Assembly (NCBI GenBank): GCA_016699465.1
Contig: CP064977.1
Span: 333,668-397,667, forward strand
Length of the DNA stretch: 64,000 nt
Origin: Candidatus Campbellbacteria bacterium
GTDB taxonomy: Bacteria > Patescibacteriota > Minisyncoccia > Phycocordibacterales > EsbW-18
Direction: 5' to 3'
The notes beneath the pieces were generated by a model. It made no database searches and was not told the origin of the DNA. It saw only the letters and a list, made by a program, of their open reading frames with translations. The first letter of the stretch is position 1. Every line of letters begins with the position of its first letter. Positions 57,352-64,000 of this stretch are shown here, one piece after another. Both the position numbers and the translations under genes were made by a program.

Positions 57352-58905
57352 TTATCCAGTTGATGGGATGTTTGTGCCTCTCACTGAGTTGGTTCCTTGC
57401 AGTCCGATCTGTCCGGTTACGCCATCCTTGCAGACATTTGCGATTGCCAGATTGAAGTCATCGCTCGTACTCTGTTCACGGATGTGATAGGCGGCCTTAT
57501 TCGCTTGGGTCGCTTGGCAGTTATTCGAGGAGATAACGTTATAGGTTGAGTAAACCGATCCGTTGTTGGAGAGATAGATACTGTGTGACGTGTTGTTGGT
57601 GCTTCTGGAAGCATTGTCGATGGCGTTTCCGGTGACGGTGTTGTAGGAAGAGCCGTACAGGTAGATTCCGTGACCTCCGCATCCGAAGATGTGATTGCCA
57701 GTTACCACGTTATTGATCGTGGTACCGCTTCCGTGATAGAGAGCGATGCCTTGGCTCGTCGCCCATGCGATCGTATTTCCGGAGATGACGTTGTACTTGG
57801 TTATGTTTGAGCTGTTTCCGATAATCATTCCCCAGCTATCGCCGTAGAGATGATTGCCTGTCACAGCATTTCTTTGACCTCCGACTATGTACACTCCGTA
57901 GTTTGTGCTGGTGAAGATGGCATTGCCGGAGATAGCTTCTCGCCAAGCGTTGCTTAGATAGAAACCGTAGCCGTTGCTTCGGCTAACATTGCCGGTCATC
58001 GTGTTGTAGTTGCATCCGCTGTCATACACGCCATAACCGTTTGAAGTCAGAACATTTCCAGTGATCGTGTTGTGCTGTGAGCTGGTGAAGAGTCCTATTC
58101 CGGTTCCGGTGTTGTCGTGGATGAAGCAATTTCTGATGATGCTTTCCTCGGTGCCGATAACTTTCAGGCAGTCGAGGCGAGCACCGGTGAGCCAGCAGTT
58201 CTCAATGAGGATTCGTTTGTGTTTGTTTGAGCTCGTACCCCAGAGTACAAGTGGACTGGAATTTCCGGAAGTTTGATTTGCTTGATTGCCGTCGATTTTC
58301 AAGTTTCGAATGACGATATTTGAGTACGGTGTTGTACCTCCATCTCCCACACGCAAGATGTCGCCGAGGTTGCTGGCATTGGCCGCTTTTATAAGTGTCG
58401 CCGCCCCTTCACCCTCAAACACGACATTGTCTTTGAGAATTTCGACAAGACCGGTTAGTGTGTACGTTCCTTTTTTCAAACGAACGATACCGCCACCGGC
58501 TGGCAAGTTGCTAATCGCTTCATTTATCTCCGTTTGATCATCTGTTCCATCGCAGTTGTAATCTCCTGAATCGTCCGTTGCGACTATGATCTCGGTTCGG
58601 GTTTGGAAGTCGTCAAAGAGCTTGGCTGTTACCAAGAGTTCTATTCGGCTGTTTTGCGCCCATGCTTGGGCGGTTGTGTTTTCTTTGGCTCGTTCGATTG
58701 TGAACGCATCTGTCGATTTGGCAGTTACTTTCACAATTTCTCCCACGCTTGGGTCGCTCGTGTAGAGCGTGGCGTGGAATGGAGCCGCCGGAAACTTTGC
58801 ACCGTCGCCGGTCTGCACGTTCACGGTTGTCGCACCCGATGTCAGAGGGTTATCCGTGATTGTGCTCTTGGCGTTATTCTTTTTTGTTAAGAATGTTTTA
58901 GCCAT
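57352..58905 (-). CDS. Tailspike/tail-fibre protein with a right-handed parallel beta-helix (pectate-lyase-like) repeat region
   Basis: Tandem NxxxG[NT]xxxG rungs such as NTITGNVLTSNGYGVY, NTMTGNVSRSNGYGFY, NAVTGNHLYGDSWGMI, NVISGNTIAWATSQGI and NVVTGNHIFGCGGHGIY. Confidence 0.65.
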   Translation of the reverse strand: MAKTFLTKKNNAKSTITDNPLTSGATTVNVQTGDGAKFPAAPFHATLYTSDPSVGEIVKVTAKSTDAFTIERAKENTTAQAWAQNSRIELLVTAKLFDDFQTRTEIIVATDDSGDYNCDGTDDQTEINEAISNLPAGGGIVRLKKGTYTLTGLVEILKDNVVFEGEGAATLIKAANASNLGDILRVGDGGTTPYSNIVIRNLKIDGNQANQTSGNSSPLVLWGTSSNKHKRILIENCWLTGARLDCLKVIGTEESIIRNCFIHDNTGTGIGLFTSSQHNTITGNVLTSNGYGVYDSGCNYNTMTGNVSRSNGYGFYLSNAWREAISGNAIFTSTNYGVYIVGGQRNAVTGNHLYGDSWGMIIGNSSNITKYNVISGNTIAWATSQGIALYHGSGTTINNVVTGNHIFGCGGHGIYLYGSSYNTVTGNAIDNASRSTNNTSHSIYLSNNGSVYSTYNVISSNNCQATQANKAAYHIREQSTSDDFNLAIANVCKDGVTGQIGLQGTNSVRGTNIPSTG

Positions 58906-58923
58906 AGCTCATCGATCTTTCGT

Positions 58924-59703
58924 TTACGCCGCCGTGTCACCCTCGGACTTCACTTGGGTTGAATTGGCGGTTACTGCACCGGCTCCAGCTGGCCACGTTA
59001 GGCGATACCAGAGTCCGAAGTTTCCAGCGGACGCAATGTCACCGTGTTCCATGCCGGCCACCTTGCTTGCCATGTTTCCTCCCTCGGCATCTATCGGAGA
59101 TCCGCCGGAGTAAACTCTGCCGTACCAGATAAAGCTGATCTTTTTGTTTATTCCGATGGTTCCTCGGGTAGTGCCTCCCGATCCTTGCCGGATCGTCACA
59201 AGGCGTGATCCAGAGAGCGATGCCACATACGCACCGTAGAGTTTGGAGAACGTCAGAGCACCCACGACTTCGGTGGTGCCGTTCAGTGTCAGGTTTTCCG
59301 TCTGTCTGTTTCCGGATGCATCCTCTCCGACAACCGTCACTTGTCTGGTGTCAGCACCGTCGGAAACAACGGCCACGACAGCGTTTGCGGAAAATGCCGA
59401 CATGTTTCCTTGAGCACCGTCATCATCATCGGCATGATCGATTCCGAATCCGAACGAGAGGGCGGCGTTGGTCGGCTGTGACTGTAGCCACGTCACGACG
59501 TTCTGCCACGAAAGCGATCCGTGTGTGTTCTTGCGGAAGGCTTTTCGGTATTCAGTGCCTCCGGCCGCCGCTTCGTCACCGGTTATATCGGTGAAGAGAT
59601 TGTTGTCGACGTTGTCCACGACTTCTACTGCCGTGATTTCACCGCCGTCTGAGTCAACACTGTTTGACTCATATTCTTTTAAGTCTGCTGATACGATTGC
59701 CAT
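58924..59703 (-). CDS. Hypothetical Gly/Ala/Asp-rich phage structural protein
   Basis: Located between the capsid module and the tailspike. Confidence 0.3.
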   Translation of the reverse strand: MAIVSADLKEYESNSVDSDGGEITAVEVVDNVDNNLFTDITGDEAAAGGTEYRKAFRKNTHGSLSWQNVVTWLQSQPTNAALSFGFGIDHADDDDGAQGNMSAFSANAVVAVVSDGADTRQVTVVGEDASGNRQTENLTLNGTTEVVGALTFSKLYGAYVASLSGSRLVTIRQGSGGTTRGTIGINKKISFIWYGRVYSGGSPIDAEGGNMASKVAGMEHGDIASAGNFGLWYRLTWPAGAGAVTANSTQVKSEGDTAA

Positions 59704-59738
59704 AAGATTGGTGTGTTATTAGCGACCTCATGTTCGGT

Positions 59739-60137
59739 CTATTTGCCTTGCAGAAGTTCGATCAGACGGTCTTTTGTTTCGGACCCGTCCAGTTCGACAT
59801 TTTTTTCACCAGCCAAGGTTTGTAATTCCTTTTTGGTGAGCTTCTGCAGTTCGCCGTCGACCGTCGGCGGATCAATCGGCGATGATTCCTCGGAGACTTT
59901 CCAGAAATCGATGCCGTAAGTTGGGAGACCTTCTAACTTGGAAACGTGTTCCTCGTTTGAGGTCTCGAATTGTCCGTCCGCGAATTGTGCGTACTCGCCC
60001 GGGGTGTCTCCGACCTTGAGGCCTCCCTCGAATATCGGCTGGGCGGGCTTGAGTACGATTCGCAGACTTTTGATGTGTGAATTGAATTTAGCCATAAGTA
60101 AGTTTGGGTGATTAATGTTTGTAATTTCGGCCTCCAC
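59739..60137 (-). CDS. Small head-associated protein with a C-terminal Rho-N/SAP-like helix-hairpin motif
   Basis: LTKKELQTLAGEKNVELDGSETKDRLIELL resembles the Rho_N-type motif that is common at the C-termini of phage capsid-associated proteins. Confidence 0.35.
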   Translation of the reverse strand: MEAEITNINHPNLLMAKFNSHIKSLRIVLKPAQPIFEGGLKVGDTPGEYAQFADGQFETSNEEHVSKLEGLPTYGIDFWKVSEESSPIDPPTVDGELQKLTKKELQTLAGEKNVELDGSETKDRLIELLQGK

Positions 60138-60199
60138 CCTTACTCCTGGCCTCCACGTGAGTGAAAGCCAGCGAGTAAGAGCAGAGACGCTTATTCGAT

Positions 60200-61423
60200 T
60201 TAGGCGACGCCCTTGAGCAATGCGTTCTTTTCGAAGTTGACTCTCTGCAAACCGGCTTCGGTCTTATACTGATCGACTTCCTCGTCAGCATCGTTGTCCT
60301 GAATGTTGGTTTCGAGCATGGTGTCTCGACCATTCAGTGGGCAATGCTTGAGCGTGGAGAGATCGACCACTACACCGATACCGGCGTACTGGTTGTCGAA
60401 CATCGGGTGACGGACAATGTTCAGCGTTCCGAATGACGACTGGAACTTACGGATTTCGACTCCGAAGGTCTTATCGCTCGGTACGATGTACATCTTGGAA
60501 GTTGCAAAGCTTTCCAAGTATCCGAGCACGGTGTTACCGCAGAAGAAATACTTCTCGGCTGATCCGTACTTGAACGCATAATTCTGGAGGAACGATCGGA
60601 ATTCAGCTTCGGTTAGAGCTGAAGCCGCCTCGTCCTGGACGTTGCCGGCGGCTGTGATCGCTTCCAAGATTCCTCCGGAGAGGCGAAGCGGTTTGCCGTC
60701 GGGACCGGTCACTTCTTTCTTTTCACCGAACCAGTACGCACGCTCGATTTTCTTTGCTTGTTCAATACCATGCTTTGCACGCAGGTACTTCAAGTCCGCA
60801 CCGGGGTTACCGGACGGATAGAGCTTCGAGGCGTTCTCAGTTGCAGTGACGCCGAATTTGGTCTTGAAGATTTGGGTGAAGTTAGTGACCTTCACGAGTT
60901 TAGTCGTGTTGGAATCGCCAGACTTCGATCCTTCCTCAAAGGCCGGACCGATGACCAACAGCCAATCGTTATCTAAGATAGCGGCGGCCGCTGTTGCACC
61001 GGCTCCACGAGCTACTGTGAGGGTATTCGTGGAGTAATTGACTGAAGTGACTCGCATGATTTCACCAGTACGGGTGTTTTTCACCAGATCGTACTTTGTG
61101 AAGATCGATGCTCCTGGGCTGTCTACGACCAACGCCGTGTCACCGGATGCGTATCCGGCACCGTTGTTGATTCGAGCCCAGACTCCGGAATACTGATCCT
61201 CATATTCAGTGAATTCCGGGTTGTACACGACTCTCTTTTGAAGAGCCATGCCCTTGAACTTGCCACCGCCGTCACCGATCTTTCCGATTTGGGTCAAGAA
61301 AGCTGTGAGCGGCGATTCTCCGGGTTCAAGCAGGAAGATTTTGTCGTCGACATCGGGAATACGCTGTGACTGTTCGATAGTCAACGTATCTCTCGTGCCG
61401 ATGATGTGTGCAGGTTCTGCCAT
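60200..61423 (-). CDS. Putative major capsid protein
   Basis: 407 aa, directly downstream of the acidic scaffold-like gene in the portal-scaffold-capsid order. The fold was not verified. Confidence 0.5.
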   Translation of the reverse strand: MAEPAHIIGTRDTLTIEQSQRIPDVDDKIFLLEPGESPLTAFLTQIGKIGDGGGKFKGMALQKRVVYNPEFTEYEDQYSGVWARINNGAGYASGDTALVVDSPGASIFTKYDLVKNTRTGEIMRVTSVNYSTNTLTVARGAGATAAAAILDNDWLLVIGPAFEEGSKSGDSNTTKLVKVTNFTQIFKTKFGVTATENASKLYPSGNPGADLKYLRAKHGIEQAKKIERAYWFGEKKEVTGPDGKPLRLSGGILEAITAAGNVQDEAASALTEAEFRSFLQNYAFKYGSAEKYFFCGNTVLGYLESFATSKMYIVPSDKTFGVEIRKFQSSFGTLNIVRHPMFDNQYAGIGVVVDLSTLKHCPLNGRDTMLETNIQDNDADEEVDQYKTEAGLQRVNFEKNALLKGVA

Positions 61424-61479
61424 AGGTTGTGGTTGTTACTGCCGGCAACCGCTCACGAGACCTCAAAATCTTATAAGCG

Positions 61480-62322
61480 TTACCGGACTTTATTTGGGTT
61501 AATACTTTCACCGACAAGATCATCGAATGGATTCTCTTGGTCGGTTTTGCCTTTGGCGGCCGGTTGGCCACCGCCGACTCCTGATGCATTCTCTCGTTCG
61601 AGGTTTTTGACTTCCTCTTTCTTGAGAGCTTCGTCAGCCGCTTTCTTTGTCTGCGAATCCTTGGTTACGGAATCGTAGGCCAGTTGAAGCGTTCGGGCAT
61701 TGAACGGAAGCTTTTCTTTCTCGATCAAGTCGAGAATCTGGTGACCGATCTCAGGAGTTCTGAAGTCCTCGTGATCCTCGATCCACTTGTCGATCTCGGC
61801 CTTGGTCTTTGCTTTCGTTTCCCGTTCCTCGAGCTTCTTATCGAGGAGAGTGTCTATGTCCGGTTGATCCTCTGGCTCTGCATCGCTGGCTTTCATAGCT
61901 TCGGCAATACTTGCTTTCAGCTGTTCGGCTAGTTGCGGATTCTTGACCAGTGCCTTATCGAGTACTGAGAGAAACTGTTGGTTTTTCTCGCTTGCGGTTT
62001 TGAGATCGTTGATCTCTTTGCCTTGATCGATAATCTTGGTCTGAGCTTCGTCATACGAGCGTTTAGCATCATCCTCGCTCTTGAACTTGCCCCAGAAGGT
62101 CTTGTCGCCCTCGGGCTTTTTGTCTTTGTCCTCGGGACTTTCGCCTTTATCGGCTGGCGTACCGCCGGATTGATCCTCGGGTTTCGAGGCGTCCGGTTTC
62201 TTGTCAGGTTGTTCCTCTTTCGAGGTGCCCGACGGGATTGAATTGACCGGTTGTTCCTTGCCGACTGCATCGTCAAATGACGGTGTATTCGGTTCGGCGC
62301 CGGATTCGTTTGGTTTTTCCAT
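61480..62322 (-). CDS. Putative scaffolding protein (acidic, coiled coil)
   Basis: Highly charged D/E/K-rich sequence between the portal-like and capsid-like genes. Confidence 0.45.
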   Translation of the reverse strand: MEKPNESGAEPNTPSFDDAVGKEQPVNSIPSGTSKEEQPDKKPDASKPEDQSGGTPADKGESPEDKDKKPEGDKTFWGKFKSEDDAKRSYDEAQTKIIDQGKEINDLKTASEKNQQFLSVLDKALVKNPQLAEQLKASIAEAMKASDAEPEDQPDIDTLLDKKLEERETKAKTKAEIDKWIEDHEDFRTPEIGHQILDLIEKEKLPFNARTLQLAYDSVTKDSQTKKAADEALKKEEVKNLERENASGVGGGQPAAKGKTDQENPFDDLVGESINPNKVR

Positions 62323-62516
62323 AGGCGTGTTTATTGCAGATTGATCCTTGGTTTCCGATCACGGTCGGAACGTCGGCGTCTGCTGTTAATAAAACCGAGC
62401 CCCTTTTCGGGAGGCTCGGTTGGTCTCTCAAGATGTAGGAAATCGCCAGAAATCCCATCTTAAGAGGCCAGCTGAACCCCTCAAAAAGTTTGGCGATTTC
62501 CTTTGGTTGTTTGGTT

Positions 62517-62756
62517 TTATGTTGGTGCTTTCATATGTTCATCGTGAATAGCTTTGATCTGCAGGAGAATGATTCCGAGTCCTTCGGCTCGACCTTGATA
62601 AAACCGAATCTCGTCTGCAGTCAGTTGTTTGTTGAGTAGCCACGTCTTTGTGGTATCAAGTTCGTTCGCAATAAGCTCGGACAACGCTTCAAAATACTTG
62701 GTTTCGTACAAGTTGCTGATCGTCGCTTCTATGTCTTTGTGAAGTGTTTTGGTCAT
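62517..62756 (-). CDS. Small helical phage protein
   Basis: 79 aa. Confidence 0.3.
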   Translation of the reverse strand: MTKTLHKDIEATISNLYETKYFEALSELIANELDTTKTWLLNKQLTADEIRFYQGRAEGLGIILLQIKAIHDEHMKAPT

Positions 62757-62761
62757 ATGTG

Positions 62762-64000
62762 TTATTGCCTCATTGCGTTACCGAGAACCGCACCCATTTC
62801 GTTACCGGGGAGTCCTTGCTCTGGCACTACGTCGGGTGGTGTGTCGATCGCAGGTGCATCACCGGCCGGCATTCCGGTATCAGTTGGATTCATTGGGTCA
62901 ACCGGAGGCGTGACCGGCTGTTGTTTTATTTCGCTAATGTAGTTGTCTGGTTCCCAGCCATAATCCTCAAAGAGCTTCATTAGGATTTTGAATTTCTTGA
63001 CGGAGTATGTCGTACCGGTTTCCGCATCCACGATCTGGTCTACGTCTTTGATCAGTCCCCAGAGTTCCAAGTCTTTTGACTTCTTAAGTTCAGAGGAAGA
63101 AGCAAGAGCCGATGTTGATTCGAGTGATATCTCATATTCATCGTCAAAGAGTCCTTCAATGTTTTCCACTTCAGGGGTTATAAGTCCGTGTCGGATCATG
63201 ATTGCTACGGCTTTGTCCGGAACAACGCTTTTGGTCGTCCAGAATTGTTTGACCATGCAGATCCAGTGTTCAAAGTGCATGATGTACGAACCTCGAAGCA
63301 TAATCAGGAAGAGCTTCACGCCCTCTAGTGTTGCCTCACGCATAAACGAGGCGACTGTTGCTGTTTCTCTTGAGTCCTTGCCGGCCGTCGTTGTGTATTC
63401 GTCTACACCTACGGCGATTCGCATTGCTTCTTTGATGTGATTCGGCTCGATAAATGCAGAGGAGTTCACGTCGCCAAACTTCAGCTCTTTGACTGAGTTC
63501 GGATCATTCGTCCATAGGATTCCAAGCGGTCTTACAGTGATGCTTGATTGCTTGTATCCGGGGAGAGCTACTGGTGCCGCCGCAATCATGCTGTGTATTT
63601 TCATCGTGATTGCATCCACTCTCTGGTTGGTCACAGAATTCAGGAGTTCTTGCAAATGGTCTACGAGCTTCGGGATACCGAGCCAGTAAAATGAGAATGG
63701 TCGGGGGAAGAAGCCAGTTCGTGAGTAGGGCTTTTGCTGGTGGTCGTATGGGTTATCACCGTCCTTGATCTCTATCGGTGTGCCGTCCATCGGCAGGAAC
63801 ACGCAGATATGGTCGTCAGTCCATCGCTCTACGACTTCGAAGAGCTTATCGTCTGTCGTTGGCATTTGGACCGGGTTGTTTGGGTTGCCTTGGATCGGAG
63901 AGGACGCTTTGGTTGTCTCTCGGAGATTCTTTCGTAGTTCTAGGAGGACTTCTTTTCTCACGTAGGCATAGTCGGTAGTGTCACCGCCGGACTTTGTTAC
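62762..64000 (-). CDS. Putative portal protein, N-terminus beyond the window edge
   Basis: The frame is open to position 64000 (the first codon of the track ORF is GTG). The C-terminus is a Pro/Asp-rich flexible tail, and the gene sits upstream of the scaffold/capsid genes. Confidence 0.4.
   Translation of the reverse strand, partial: VTKSGGDTTDYAYVRKEVLLELRKNLRETTKASSPIQGNPNNPVQMPTTDDKLFEVVERWTDDHICVFLPMDGTPIEIKDGDNPYDHQQKPYSRTGFFPRPFSFYWLGIPKLVDHLQELLNSVTNQRVDAITMKIHSMIAAAPVALPGYKQSSITVRPLGILWTNDPNSVKELKFGDVNSSAFIEPNHIKEAMRIAVGVDEYTTTAGKDSRETATVASFMREATLEGVKLFLIMLRGSYIMHFEHWICMVKQFWTTKSVVPDKAVAIMIRHGLITPEVENIEGLFDDEYEISLESTSALASSSELKKSKDLELWGLIKDVDQIVDAETGTTYSVKKFKILMKLFEDYGWEPDNYISEIKQQPVTPPVDPMNPTDTGMPAGDAPAIDTPPDVVPEQGLPGNEMGAVLGNAMRQ

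Larger units (their letters stand above)
47300..64000 (-). mobile_element. Phage-derived (prophage or phage-like) structural and lysis gene module that continues beyond the window end
   Basis: 18 co-directional, tightly packed minus-strand ORFs in a head-tail-lysis order. Sampled 100-bp stretches give about 47-51% GC versus about 39-45% upstream. CpG-containing codons are abundant. No integrase, terminase or replication genes occur within the window. Confidence 0.6.

Overview
This 64-kb window has two compositionally distinct parts. Positions 1-47300 look like the chromosome of a low-GC (~40-45%) small-genome bacterium. Its genes mostly lack Shine-Dalgarno sequences and RF2 has no programmed frameshift; this is compatible with, but does not prove, a Patescibacteria/CPR-like or similar lineage. 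That part encodes housekeeping genes, several tRNAs and a long co-directional type IV pilus/competence locus. The housekeeping set includes an OmpR-type response regulator, ApbE plus a membrane/FNR-like reductase pair, class II B12-dependent RNR next to a PduO-type cobalamin adenosyltransferase, prfB-ftsE-ftsX, SIMPL, RmuC, FtsK, RecA, EF-P, rpsF-ssb-rpsR, TatD, an AI-2E transporter, GatCA and LigA. The tRNAs are two Thr, two CAU-anticodon, Asp and some odd 3'-end tRNA fragments. The pilus locus runs pilM-pilN-pilO-small gene-pilB-pilT-pilC-pilA-pilD-three pseudopilins-LamG minor pilin, with comFC placed divergently next to it. Positions ~47300-64000 (continuing beyond the window) hold a tightly packed minus-strand phage-like structural and lysis module with higher GC/CpG content. 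It contains a partial portal-like protein, an acidic scaffold-like protein, a capsid-like protein, a beta-helix tailspike, a protein built from ~26 tandem 14-residue repeats, a LysM protein, a 935-aa Lys-rich protein, an Amidase_2 endolysin and holin-like genes. The non-coding space also holds several dispersed sequence families worth attention. These are a paired-palindrome element found twice in the pilus locus, strand-asymmetric C-free/G-free intergenic spacers sharing a 19-mer, and duplications of tRNA 3' ends.
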